This document shows positions 1 to 9,217 of a stretch of 64,000 bases of DNA, piece after piece. Position 1 is the stretch's first letter. Each line of letters starts with the position of its first letter. Below the pieces are notes generated by a model. It saw only the letters and a program-made list of their open reading frames with translations, made no database searches and had not been told where the DNA came from. A program made the position numbers and the translations under genes. Source of the DNA: a virus; the IMG/VR virus record IMGVR_UViG_3300045988_131485. One strand, 5' to 3'.

Positions 1-200
1 ATGTCTTCCAAAAACACCGCATCAATGTCGTGCGTTCGGATCACCTCACTAAGCAAAGCCTCAATGTGCAAAATTGCCTGCTCGAATGTATAGTTCTTGC
101 TATCAAAGCCCCACGTCCCATAGTCCAGCAGCTTCTTTCCCTCATAGTCATAAACCGCCCATGCGCCGTGTCTGGCTTGGTCAACGGCCAAGATTTTCAC
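1..200 (-). CDS. RuvC-like Holliday junction resolvase, N-terminal part (gene runs off window start)
   Basis: GTG start at 200-198 preceded by GAAAGGTGG. Translation is MKILAVDQARHGAWAVYDYEG...DAVFLED. The ILAxDQ..GWAV and FLED motifs resemble phage RuvC-type resolvases. Not in the ORF track because it is truncated. Confidence 0.55.
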   Translation of the reverse strand, partial: MKILAVDQARHGAWAVYDYEGKKLLDYGTWGFDSKNYTFEQAILHIEALLSEVIRTHDIDAVFLED

Positions 201-226
201 CCGTCTCACCACCTTTCTTTATGAGT

Positions 227-251
227 CTGAAAAGGAGGGCCGAAGCCCTCC
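227..251 (-). terminator. rho-independent terminator
   Basis: Minus-strand hairpin GGAGGGC-TTCG-GCCCTCC followed by TTTTCAG, just after the stop of CDS 258..605. Confidence 0.7.
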
Positions 252-257
252 TTCCCA

Positions 258-605
258 TTACTCCTGCTGCGACTCAGCCTCGTTATTCACCTGTTCTTCG
301 GCCTTGGTTTCCTCCGCTTCGACTACTGCTTTCTTTGCCCTACTGTTTTCGTGCGCCAAAGCATAGATTTCCGCCAGCAGTGCTTGCACACTCGGCGTAT
401 ATTCTGCCGTATTACGAAGGTCGATGCCGCGTTTCCGAAGAGCGCTATATGCCTGTTTCGCATCGTGGTTAGCCTGATACCCCATGAGCACCGTCCAAAT
501 GTAGTAGTGCTCAGGGGTGTCAGTATGAAGCCTCCAGCTCCGCTCTTTCTCACAGGAATAGCAGGTTTTGTACGAAGCGCCGCACACCTTGCAATTCCGA
601 ATCAT
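258..605 (-). CDS. hypothetical protein with N-terminal Cys-rich (zinc-ribbon-like) motif
   Basis: ORF-track 258..620. I prefer the ATG at 605 (MIRNCKVCG...) because the GTG at 620 lies inside the GAGGAG RBS. Contains CxxC...CxxC. Confidence 0.6.
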   Translation of the reverse strand: MIRNCKVCGASYKTCYSCEKERSWRLHTDTPEHYYIWTVLMGYQANHDAKQAYSALRKRGIDLRNTAEYTPSVQALLAEIYALAHENSRAKKAVVEAEETKAEEQVNNEAESQQE

Positions 606-616
606 GGTAAACCGCC

Positions 617-1402
617 TCACTCCTCAAAGAGGATGTAGCACAGCTCCGCGTCGTCGGCGCAGTAATCCTTCAGAGCAGTGAAGGAGAAGGGGTGCGTACC
701 TTCCGTGGTCAGGTTGACCGTGAAGTTGTTGTCGATCTTGGCCTTGGGGAAAACAATCTTACCGGCACGCTTGACAGACGGGTTGCACACGTCAGCAGCC
801 AGAATGTCCACGACATACATCGCGGCCTCGGCAAAGCTCTCGGCGCTGTCCACCAGCTTGACGGCAGAATCCGTCTCGTACTCATAGAACACACCAACAG
901 TGGTTCCGACGAAGGAAGCGGGCAGAGTGATAACCTTGCCCTCGATCTTGGCGTTACCCTCATCAACGCCGACCTCGATCATGCCGCTGATGTTCTTGTC
1001 CTCGCTCATGGTGTACACGGCAGCGGGAGCAGAAGTGGGCACGTGCTTCAGCGTAGCGGTCTTGGTGCCCTTGTCGTCCGTCACGGTGAGGATAGCAAAG
1101 TCGGCACCCTTGACCTTCTTGGAGCTATCGGCCACCTGTACCTCAGATCCGAGCTGTGCGCCCATCAGGTTCAGGTTCAGCAGAGACAGCTCACCAGAGA
1201 AGTTCACACCCTTAGCGGTGTCGAAACGGGCGAGCAGGACGCCCTGAGCGTCAGTCTTGTCGGTAGACTCGCCGGTGAACTCGATCTGGGGACTCTCCAC
1301 GCTCGTACCGGTGAAGTCCACCAAACCCGTTGCCAGGTTGATCTGAGTGATCCGACGTACCTTGTCGATGACAAATTGAGTTGCGTTAAACATGGTATTC
1401 AT
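617..1402 (-). CDS. phage structural protein (possible tail tube / major tail protein)
   Basis: 261-aa ORF at the end of the head-neck gene series. The function is a guess from position and size only. Confidence 0.6.
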   Translation of the reverse strand: MNTMFNATQFVIDKVRRITQINLATGLVDFTGTSVESPQIEFTGESTDKTDAQGVLLARFDTAKGVNFSGELSLLNLNLMGAQLGSEVQVADSSKKVKGADFAILTVTDDKGTKTATLKHVPTSAPAAVYTMSEDKNISGMIEVGVDEGNAKIEGKVITLPASFVGTTVGVFYEYETDSAVKLVDSAESFAEAAMYVVDILAADVCNPSVKRAGKIVFPKAKIDNNFTVNLTTEGTHPFSFTALKDYCADDAELCYILFEE

Positions 1403-1426
1403 CGTCCTTTCTGTATTTTTTCGGGA

Positions 1427-2158
1427 TCATTTCAGATCCCCCATCCAATGCAGTTCCTTTTTGTCGAGCTTCTTCATATCCACACAACCGCTGTAAATGC
1501 CTTGCATTACGAAGTTGTAGCTCTTATGCTTCTGAACACGCTCTACGCTGTCCATAAAAACACCGATGGGCAACGTCCATACGTCATCCCATCGGTACTT
1601 AAATTCTGGGCAGTTTGTCAAAGAAGAGATAAGAGGTAGCAGTAATGATTGAAAAGGCTTCTGCATTTGCAGTGCCATTTCATCCCTGTCATCCTCAATC
1701 ATAATTTTTCTCGTGGCGTCATTAAATCCCGTATCCACATTCTTTTTCAGCTTATGGATTTGACGGAGATAGTCAGTCATGAGCTTATGAATAGCTCGGT
1801 CGATCACCACTCGATCTTTATTCTTCAGTACAAGGTCTGGGAGACCTGTTTGTGTACCGAGCTTAAAGGTCGTGAAATCCATATCCCCAAAAAGGATAGA
1901 CACCTCAGATTTTTGAAGCGTCTGAAAAAGGGATATGAAAAGGTCGTATTCGTCTATCTTCTCCCAGAAGACATGAAGTTTATCCCAGATTTCGACTTTT
2001 CGATCAGCGGGTGTCGAACAGATAGTACGTACCAGTCCGAAATACCGCTGCTCGCCAAAATCTACGATTTCCTCCAAGGTGGGCTGCCTGATCAAGATTT
2101 TATCGTTGATCTTGTATCCCTCTCCACGAAATAATTTCAGCTGATCAATCAATGACAC
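1427..2158 (-). CDS. hypothetical phage structural/neck protein
   Basis: 243-aa ORF tiled with its neighbours in the morphogenesis operon. Confidence 0.6.
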   Translation of the reverse strand: MSLIDQLKLFRGEGYKINDKILIRQPTLEEIVDFGEQRYFGLVRTICSTPADRKVEIWDKLHVFWEKIDEYDLFISLFQTLQKSEVSILFGDMDFTTFKLGTQTGLPDLVLKNKDRVVIDRAIHKLMTDYLRQIHKLKKNVDTGFNDATRKIMIEDDRDEMALQMQKPFQSLLLPLISSLTNCPEFKYRWDDVWTLPIGVFMDSVERVQKHKSYNFVMQGIYSGCVDMKKLDKKELHWMGDLK

Positions 2159-2654
2159 CAGCCTCCCTATTCATCTCGTGGGTAACGTACGGGATCGACC
2201 ACCCGGAGTATCCTTCGTTAAACTGAACCTCATCCGCCGTACTGAGCTTGATCCCACCCAGTCCGAACAGGGGCTTGTCCCCGTTGTTCAAAATGCGATC
2301 CACCTCATCTGCCAGCAGATCCGCTCTGGAACCCTGCAGCAAGTCAATCTGGTGCTCGTTACAGATGATATAGACAGTAATCCCTGTCTCCTTAATCACA
2401 TTCGAGTCGGTATAGACCACGCGACTACGCATCGTGATAAAGTTTTTGTCATCTGTTTGTGTACCAGGGACATAAAAGTGGGTTTTGATGAGGGGTTCCG
2501 CAGGGCTTTTACTACCCGTTTTGAAATCCTCAAACTCCGCCACGTTGTTCCCTACGTTACAGAGCAAATTGACCACCGCCTGATTTTGCAGCAGCTTTCG
2601 TTTCAGCAAGATCTTCTGTTGAATCATCGAATCAAAATGCGGCACCCTCATCAC
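2145..2654 (-). CDS. hypothetical phage neck/tail-completion-like protein
   Basis: 169-aa ORF overlapping the next gene by 14 nt, typical of operon coupling. Confidence 0.6.
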   Translation of the reverse strand: MMRVPHFDSMIQQKILLKRKLLQNQAVVNLLCNVGNNVAEFEDFKTGSKSPAEPLIKTHFYVPGTQTDDKNFITMRSRVVYTDSNVIKETGITVYIICNEHQIDLLQGSRADLLADEVDRILNNGDKPLFGLGGIKLSTADEVQFNEGYSGWSIPYVTHEMNREAGVID

Positions 2655-2658
2655 CTCC

Positions 2659-3711
2659 TTACCAGTTCACAATTTGGATTTTCATAACGGCCTCACTGCC
2701 GGAGGCGTCGTGGATTGCTTTGATCTCAATTTGTGTTCCCACAAATACGGGATCATCCGACGCCCGCAGCGTGATAACGCCGTTCATCTCATCGACAATG
2801 CTGGCCGCACCAGCAAAGTCATACTCCAAACGATATTGGAGTGGATCAATAGGAACGCCGCTCTCATCCAAGACTTGGACACAGATTTGCTTTGTCTCTC
2901 CGCCAGCGATCTTGAAATCGCCGTCCAGATCTGTCAATGTGATATGGACGCTCGCTCCCAAGGTTTCCTCCGTCCCACCGGGGACAGAAGTATAGTAATC
3001 TGCCACCATCAACTCGGCGTTATCGGTAGCGGCATTGAATTGGTCTTCCAGTACGGCCCATTGGATCAAGCCATCCTCTGCACGTTCGTCGCCCACTGCA
3101 TACGAGATCGGATCAACTCTGGTGATACGATAGGCTGTTGGATCGACCTTGTTCTTGTCCATCAAGAACCGGGTCTGAGTATCCAACATAATCGTTTCCT
3201 CATTGTACGGCAGATAAATCAGGTGCTGGTCTTCGCCAACCGTCATCTGCGTTTTACCCGCCTCACCCGTGCCATACTGTGTGCTGTTTGTGCTATATAC
3301 GGGGTATTCTACAATCTCACCTGTCAAAGGGGAGACGAATCGGATGGAGTATTTGCACTTCCAGAGTACCGCCTTTTCATAAATGCGGTTGTTATCCGGC
3401 AGCGAACTCACCAGCCAAAACGCCCCGTCGTGTTTCACGTACTGCCCACATCTCAAGATACCGATATTGCAAAGAATCTGTCTAACCGTTGTGCTGTTAT
3501 ACACATCGCTGGTTTTCTGTTGGACAATAGCTCTTACCTGCTGCGGCTCAGTTCCAATCGCCTTATCGTAGATCAAAACATCAGACCCGATAAAGGAATC
3601 GAGCACTTCCTGAAAACCATCTTGGCCGTATGCCCAAAACTCATCATCCTCAAACCCGCTGTTGAAAAGAGGGCGTGTCATTCGATACCAGCTTTTGGAT
3701 TCTTCTGACAT
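2659..3711 (-). CDS. structural protein with C-terminal Ig-like (Big_2-like) domain
   Basis: 350-aa ORF. The C-terminal ~90 aa (ITLTDLDGDFKIAGGETKQICVQVLDESGVPID...IEIKAIHDASG) look like a bacterial Ig-like domain. Confidence 0.6.
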   Translation of the reverse strand: MSEESKSWYRMTRPLFNSGFEDDEFWAYGQDGFQEVLDSFIGSDVLIYDKAIGTEPQQVRAIVQQKTSDVYNSTTVRQILCNIGILRCGQYVKHDGAFWLVSSLPDNNRIYEKAVLWKCKYSIRFVSPLTGEIVEYPVYSTNSTQYGTGEAGKTQMTVGEDQHLIYLPYNEETIMLDTQTRFLMDKNKVDPTAYRITRVDPISYAVGDERAEDGLIQWAVLEDQFNAATDNAELMVADYYTSVPGGTEETLGASVHITLTDLDGDFKIAGGETKQICVQVLDESGVPIDPLQYRLEYDFAGAASIVDEMNGVITLRASDDPVFVGTQIEIKAIHDASGSEAVMKIQIVNW

Positions 3712-3723
3712 ATTGCTACCCCC

Positions 3724-4128
3724 TTATCCATACGCAGGATCTTTCTGACGATGAAGCAAAACTTCAACCTTGGCGATCTGGTCGTCAAGTTCCTGTTTTG
3801 TTACACGTTTGGTCGCATCTTGGCCGGTTAGCTGAACATCCTTTCCATAGATCCCGTTCAGCGCCATTACCCTGCTCAGTTCCCTTTGCAGGTAAGACAC
3901 ATACATCATCTGGGCGAGAGTACGAACGGCAATACTTTTCAACTTGCCAGAAAACTCGCGTGTCTCCTCGTTATACCCGAGGTCACAGCCCAAATTCAGT
4001 TCAAAATCTGCTACCGCTGTGGATAGCCATTCTGCTTCCAATGCCTCCGGGATCTCATATTTAGTCAAAGGCATGGAGTGGAATTTTTGCTCAACGTCCG
4101 CAAAGGTCGTTTTCTTTTCGTCCGCCAT
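3724..4128 (-). CDS. head-tail connector/adaptor-like protein
   Basis: ORF-track 3724..4137. The ATG at 4128 follows AAAGGAAAAGG. Its position after the capsid genes suggests the function. Confidence 0.55.
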   Translation of the reverse strand: MADEKKTTFADVEQKFHSMPLTKYEIPEALEAEWLSTAVADFELNLGCDLGYNEETREFSGKLKSIAVRTLAQMMYVSYLQRELSRVMALNGIYGKDVQLTGQDATKRVTKQELDDQIAKVEVLLHRQKDPAYG

Positions 4129-4153
4129 AATCCACACCTTTTCCTTTCATCGG

Positions 4154-4621
4154 TTAGACCTTGGCAGTCTCAGCCAGCTTGCGCAGAGCGTCCACTTTCC
4201 AGGACTCCGCGTCCTCAGCGCCCACACTAAACGCCAGCTCCACAAGCATTCTCTTTTCGGCGTCGGTTTTCACCATAGCTTCCAGCTGCTCGTTGAACTT
4301 GGCTTTGGAGCGAATAGCCAACAGTTCCTTAACACTTTCCTCATTCAAGAGGATAGGCGCGGAAACTTCGGTGTCACCCAGGCCGAACAGCTCCTTACGC
4401 TTTGCCTCGTCCACGATCTGAATACGGGCATGATTGCCCATACCATCAGTGCCGGTAAACATCACGTTGCCGGTTTGGATCTGAGCCAGAACCTCCTCTT
4501 CGGAGAGGAGGGGAAAATTCCGAGCTTTGCCCGGAATTGCGATATCGCCCTGCCCCGCCAGACGCCGGAAGCCCAGAGGCCAGGAGCAAAGGTTGTTTAC
4601 CAGAACATTATTCGTTTTCAT
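4154..4621 (-). CDS. hypothetical phage protein
   Basis: ORF-track 4154..4684. The longer N-terminus overlaps a strong hairpin, and the ATG at 4621 is preceded by AGGGGAA. Confidence 0.6.
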   Translation of the reverse strand: MKTNNVLVNNLCSWPLGFRRLAGQGDIAIPGKARNFPLLSEEEVLAQIQTGNVMFTGTDGMGNHARIQIVDEAKRKELFGLGDTEVSAPILLNEESVKELLAIRSKAKFNEQLEAMVKTDAEKRMLVELAFSVGAEDAESWKVDALRKLAETAKV

Positions 4622-4640
4622 AACGATTCCCCTTTGATTG

Positions 4641-4670
4641 AAATTAGGGGAGGGGTTTGTGCCCCTCCCC
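4641..4670 (-). terminator. terminator/attenuator-like hairpin after capsid gene
   Basis: Minus strand GGGGAGGGG-CACAAA-CCCCTCCCC followed by TAATTTC. The T-run is weak, so it may only attenuate. Confidence 0.45.
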
Positions 4671-4710
4671 GTTTGCGCCGTCATTCAGGCATAAAAAAAA
4701 GACCTCTCAC

Positions 4711-5817
4711 TTAAAAAGTGGGAGCATCAAAGTTCGTATCGGAGATCAGACCGATCTGATCTTCCATGCCCTCGGCAACGCCTGCGCCGAACTCCATATC
4801 GAAGCGGGTCAGGTGCTGACGGGTTACGATGTCGTCGCCAGTCATGGTGGTCAGTCCGCCACGCAGGAAGACCTGCAGAGGAGACACAGAACCACGAGGC
4901 AGGAAGAACAGCAGACCCTGGGGCATATACAGGTCATAATCGGTACCGTCCTTGTTCAACTGAGTCCAGTTGATCGCGTTGGGCAGCTCGGTTACGAAAG
5001 CACCGTTGTACATACTTACCAGACCAGTCTGGCGGATTTCCTCGGCAACAATGTTGTTGGCGTAGCGGATCTCATCGGCGGAGAACTGCTTGAAGCCAGC
5101 GAAGTCGTTGAACTGAGACACTACGCTGTAATCGCCGGCAATGTTGACCTTACCATAGCGACGCATGGACTTGAGCATATTGTCAACGGCGGTCTTGGTG
5201 ATGCCGTTGTCCTCAGCGAAATGCTTCACACCCTTGGCGTTTTTCAGGGCGTTGTACAGAACGGTCATGACGTAGTAGGTCATCTTGTTCTGCATATCAA
5301 TCTGCACTTGGTTCATACCCTCACGGATATTGCCGTCGAAGTTACCGTTCTGAAGCTCGCGGTAGTCAACAGCAAAACCGGCAGAGATGGTCTGGGTGCC
5401 GATCGGATACTCACGCCAATTCACAGCGGCGAAGGGTACGTCGCTGCTGGATGCCTGGAATCGAGAATCGATGCTCTCGTATCCGTAGGTCTTCATCATG
5501 GGAGCCTCGTTGTAACCGATCCGGCGATATGTGCCCATGAAGTCGAACAGGCGAACAACCTCCAACAGCTTCGGCTCAATAGAGAACCGGATGATGGAGT
5601 TGATTTCGCTACGGGCGGCATTATCGCCGTCGATAGCCTTGCTGGACAGCTCTTTGATGGTTGCCACGCTCTTGTCCAGACTCTTGTCGTCAACCTCGGG
5701 GCGCTTACCGGCGCTCAGAGCAGAAAATACCTCCACGATCTTGGAGTTCTGCTTGACACGACCAGTATTCACATCAGCCTGAGCGTTGCTCATGTTGATT
5801 TCATAAATCGTGCTCAT
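4711..5817 (-). CDS. major capsid protein
   Basis: 368-aa ORF directly downstream of the scaffold and decoration-like genes. Size and gene order are typical of a major capsid protein. Confidence 0.65.
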   Translation of the reverse strand: MSTIYEINMSNAQADVNTGRVKQNSKIVEVFSALSAGKRPEVDDKSLDKSVATIKELSSKAIDGDNAARSEINSIIRFSIEPKLLEVVRLFDFMGTYRRIGYNEAPMMKTYGYESIDSRFQASSSDVPFAAVNWREYPIGTQTISAGFAVDYRELQNGNFDGNIREGMNQVQIDMQNKMTYYVMTVLYNALKNAKGVKHFAEDNGITKTAVDNMLKSMRRYGKVNIAGDYSVVSQFNDFAGFKQFSADEIRYANNIVAEEIRQTGLVSMYNGAFVTELPNAINWTQLNKDGTDYDLYMPQGLLFFLPRGSVSPLQVFLRGGLTTMTGDDIVTRQHLTRFDMEFGAGVAEGMEDQIGLISDTNFDAPTF

Positions 5818-5840
5818 CGTTTATCCCTCTCTTTCTCTTC

Positions 5841-6302
5841 TTACTGCACGCGGACAACGACGAGGACGCCCTTGCCCATGTATGCGGTCTTCTTCGTAAC
5901 CTCGAAGTACACCTTGTAACCGGTTACGTTGGCGCTCTTAGCGAGCAGGCCATCCGTACCAAAGACCAGCTTATCGCCAACAGAGATGCCGGCATAGTCG
6001 GTGCTGATCTCATAGCTGGCAAACTCCATCTCCAGATTTGCCACAGTGGTCAGGTCGTCGGCGCGTACCTTCTCGCCGGCCTTGACCGTCAACGTCTCCT
6101 CGAAATTACGCATTTCGGGCTTGTCGTTGATATTGCTCACGATGCGGAAGCAAGCCTTAGCCTCCTCCTCAGAGGCGGGCAGGTTGGCAGTACGAGCGGC
6201 GCGATTCAGCACCACACCCATGCCGACCTTCAGATCGACGGCGGCATTAACGTCGCCAACGTTCTGCACGTTCTTGTAGTAACCAATCGTCTTAGCCTTC
6301 AT
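5841..6302 (-). CDS. hypothetical head protein (decoration/cement-like)
   Basis: 153-aa ORF between the scaffold and the capsid gene. Confidence 0.55.
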   Translation of the reverse strand: MKAKTIGYYKNVQNVGDVNAAVDLKVGMGVVLNRAARTANLPASEEEAKACFRIVSNINDKPEMRNFEETLTVKAGEKVRADDLTTVANLEMEFASYEISTDYAGISVGDKLVFGTDGLLAKSANVTGYKVYFEVTKKTAYMGKGVLVVVRVQ

Positions 6303-6319
6303 TGTTTTTCATCCCTTTC

Positions 6320-7519
6320 TTAAAATACGTCCACGTCGGCGGGGTCGGTGTTCTCCTTCTTGCCGGCGTCATCCGTCATGCCAAATACGTCAATCTGGCT
6401 GGCGGCATTGGTTTCTGCGATTTGACTCTCACGAGCCGCCTGCACCATAGCGGTGCAGATCTTGCCAACGATACTGTTGATCTCTACGCTGCCGGGATTG
6501 GAATTGAAAGCGTCGATATCTTCCTTGGCAACTGCACGTTGCTCCTCGGTGTAGGGGGCCAGTGCAGCATTCAGTTCTGCCACAGCAGCGGCGTTCTGCA
6601 TTTCGGTGATTTTGGCATTAGCCTCAACGAGGCTGGCCTCTGCCGCTTCCTTCGCGGCGTTAGCCTCAGTCAGTCCGGCCTCTGCCGCTTCCTTCGCGGC
6701 GGCTTCCTTGTCGTAATCCGCCTGAAGCTGCTTGATATCAGCCTCCTTCTGTGCGATGTCAGCTTTCAGCTGGCTAATCTCAGCCAGAAGCGTGTCAACT
6801 TTGGCCCAATACTCCTCCCACTTGGAGTTGACCTCAGAGACAGCACCAGTCACAGCCGCCATCAACTCGTTCTTGGTCTTCTCGTCCATTGTTCCATCCT
6901 CCTTGTCCAGTTTTTTATTATTTAGCTCCATTACGATGGCGGCTTCATCAGCCGGCTTAACACTGAGAATCGCATATCCGCTGTAATCGTAATACTGCGG
7001 AACACGACCTTCCTCTTTCCAACCGCCGGAGTAAATAATGTATCCATCGTGCTCGGGCTTACCCACAATTTCCACGGAACCCTTAACAACAGAGTCCGCC
7101 ATATTTTCGCGGAGCCAAGCAACAAACTTGGGATAACGCATTTCATCCAGCGTTCCTTCTGCTACCAAGCAGCGTTTAGTAACGCCTCCGATTTCTACGT
7201 CATCCACATACGCCTTGTCGAAGTGTCCAACCATAGTGGCGTCTTCAAACAAAGGCAGCTTATCCTCCTCCCGTACATCCGTCATACCGTGGTTGTATGG
7301 AACGTCCCGATCTTCGGTCAAAAATTCCGCTACAATCGACATTCCGACAACGGAGTGGAGGTTAGCTTGAACATATTCCTCTTTCCACGAGATTCCGTTT
7401 TCCTGCCAACGAGTGTTATCAGGGAAGATCTCATGCAATACAACCTTGATAGGTCGTCTGCCGGCAATCTTATTTTCACTGGAGATCTCATAGATAGGGG
7501 CAAAAGCTCTCTCAGACAT
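6320..7519 (-). CDS. scaffolding protein (coiled-coil C-terminus; N-terminal globular domain)
   Basis: 399 aa. The C-terminal half is Ala/Glu/Lys-rich coiled coil with the repeat AAKEAAEAGLTEANAAKEAAEASLVEANAKI. Located between portal and capsid. Confidence 0.6.
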   Translation of the reverse strand: MSERAFAPIYEISSENKIAGRRPIKVVLHEIFPDNTRWQENGISWKEEYVQANLHSVVGMSIVAEFLTEDRDVPYNHGMTDVREEDKLPLFEDATMVGHFDKAYVDDVEIGGVTKRCLVAEGTLDEMRYPKFVAWLRENMADSVVKGSVEIVGKPEHDGYIIYSGGWKEEGRVPQYYDYSGYAILSVKPADEAAIVMELNNKKLDKEDGTMDEKTKNELMAAVTGAVSEVNSKWEEYWAKVDTLLAEISQLKADIAQKEADIKQLQADYDKEAAAKEAAEAGLTEANAAKEAAEASLVEANAKITEMQNAAAVAELNAALAPYTEEQRAVAKEDIDAFNSNPGSVEINSIVGKICTAMVQAARESQIAETNAASQIDVFGMTDDAGKKENTDPADVDVF

Positions 7520-7531
7520 ACTCTCACCTCC

Positions 7532-9202
7532 TTATCCTGACGGAGAGGGGCTTGCGTTAGCATTATTAGCCTTTGTAGACTCTGTGCTTGAATTGACCGG
7601 AGGATCGCCACCGGTGCTCTTGTCCACATCACCGTCAGGCGCATCCTTACCGGTAACAGTGAACGAGGTCTTATGCACAGGGTACTTGTTCTCAAAGTCT
7701 TCATCCAACTCAAGATCCATAAGAGAGAGGTAGTCATCCACGTCAAACCCTGTAGATGCAATCCATGCCATCAAGCTGCCCTTTCCACGGGCATACAGGT
7801 CAGAGAAAAACTTCACCTGTTTTTCTCGATTGACAAAAGTAATGGGAAGCACCCGGAACTCCACCCGGTAGCTGCCGTCCCTGATTACGTTGTAATTCAA
7901 GCACTTGTTCAGCTCTTCCACCAAAGCCTCAATCCACGTGAATACGTTATTCGCAACGATTTCCATATTCAGTGTGGCCGTGGCATAGTTACCCGTAGAA
8001 CTGCCACTCAGAGCAGCAGCGGCCACGCCGATGTCCTCATTCACATCCTCTTTGATGGCATTTTCGTTTTCCTCATTCAAAAGGGAGAGATCAACCGGAA
8101 GCCGATCCATCTTTGTGCCAGAAGCCAAAGAGAAGAATGATACACCGTTTGTGTTGCTGCGTTGCGTCAGCGCTTGCTTGACTGTGTTATGCTGGTTTTC
8201 TTGCTGTGACTGAGACAGAGCAGATGTACCCTTGTCCTTTCCCTCGGGGAAAGTCTCATAGTAAATCTGGTTATTGACCGTATCCAACACACGCCGCTTC
8301 GTATTGATGAAGTATTTGGCGTAGTCGATATCGTCCAACGCGGCTACTGCAAAAGGCACACCGTACGGATCGTTCTGTCCGCTCTTGATCTTGGTTACAA
8401 TCGTCTTGCGCCAGTCCAGTCTCTGCCAGCACGCACCATCCGGGAACTCTCCATTGGAATATCTGCGCCATCCTTCTTGAATCTGACGAGGGAAGCCTTG
8501 CAGCTTACGCTTACGATCTCCCTCTGTCATGGCGCTAAAATACCGCAGGTCAAACGCTACTTCGTAACAGTTGTTCCTGCGGCCAATGATTCTTGTATAT
8601 TCTACCGGCAAAGAAATAACAACACAGTTGACGCCGGCTGAGTTAATCTCGGTGATGCCTTGGATATCAAGATCAGTCAGCGCAAGCCGATCGTCTACTG
8701 GTACTGTTCTCGTCTCCATGTACCCCACGTACATACCCTCATTGGCATCGTGGAATAGACCGTCACGAATAACCTCCTTGTAGCGCATCGACCGGAGCAC
8801 GCTGGTCATCTTGTCCATGCTGGCACGATACCCTTTACGGGAGCCTCCCGCTTTCTTGGGCTTAACAACTACCACATAATCAAGGGAGTGAAGACTAACC
8901 AGGCTATCAATAGCTGTCGTCACCGTGCCGTTTGAGTAATACGCCCACTTCGCCCATTGACGCAATTCAGAGATGTACTGCATAGGATCTCTCGCCATTC
9001 GCGTGATTTCTTCCATGGAATACGGTGCCGTACATTTCGTACCGTAGTTGACCACGTTCAAATAAGACGAACCCAAACGCGTGTTGAACTCATAGGTCTT
9101 GTCGTCCTGCGGCGCACTGTTTACTTGCGACATAGGTACTGCGGCCTGCGTTTCAGATTGATTCCGGCCCATAATCCGACCAAAGAATGATTTTCCTGCC
9201 AC
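7532..9202 (-). CDS. portal protein
   Basis: 556-aa ORF immediately downstream of the large terminase. Size and order are typical of a portal protein. Confidence 0.7.
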   Translation of the reverse strand: MAGKSFFGRIMGRNQSETQAAVPMSQVNSAPQDDKTYEFNTRLGSSYLNVVNYGTKCTAPYSMEEITRMARDPMQYISELRQWAKWAYYSNGTVTTAIDSLVSLHSLDYVVVVKPKKAGGSRKGYRASMDKMTSVLRSMRYKEVIRDGLFHDANEGMYVGYMETRTVPVDDRLALTDLDIQGITEINSAGVNCVVISLPVEYTRIIGRRNNCYEVAFDLRYFSAMTEGDRKRKLQGFPRQIQEGWRRYSNGEFPDGACWQRLDWRKTIVTKIKSGQNDPYGVPFAVAALDDIDYAKYFINTKRRVLDTVNNQIYYETFPEGKDKGTSALSQSQQENQHNTVKQALTQRSNTNGVSFFSLASGTKMDRLPVDLSLLNEENENAIKEDVNEDIGVAAAALSGSSTGNYATATLNMEIVANNVFTWIEALVEELNKCLNYNVIRDGSYRVEFRVLPITFVNREKQVKFFSDLYARGKGSLMAWIASTGFDVDDYLSLMDLELDEDFENKYPVHKTSFTVTGKDAPDGDVDKSTGGDPPVNSSTESTKANNANASPSPSG

Positions 9203-9217
9203 TTGTCTTCACCTCCT

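Noticed and set aside
4657-5919. 420-aa plus-strand ORF
   Set aside because: It lies entirely antisense to the major capsid gene. It has low-complexity composition rich in Val/Gly/Leu/His and no RBS, so it is a shadow ORF.
6620-6720. 24-bp direct repeat GCCTCTGCCGCTTCCTTCGCGGCG (two copies)
   Set aside because: It lies inside the scaffold gene and simply encodes the repeated AAKEAAEA coiled-coil heptads. It is not an independent element.
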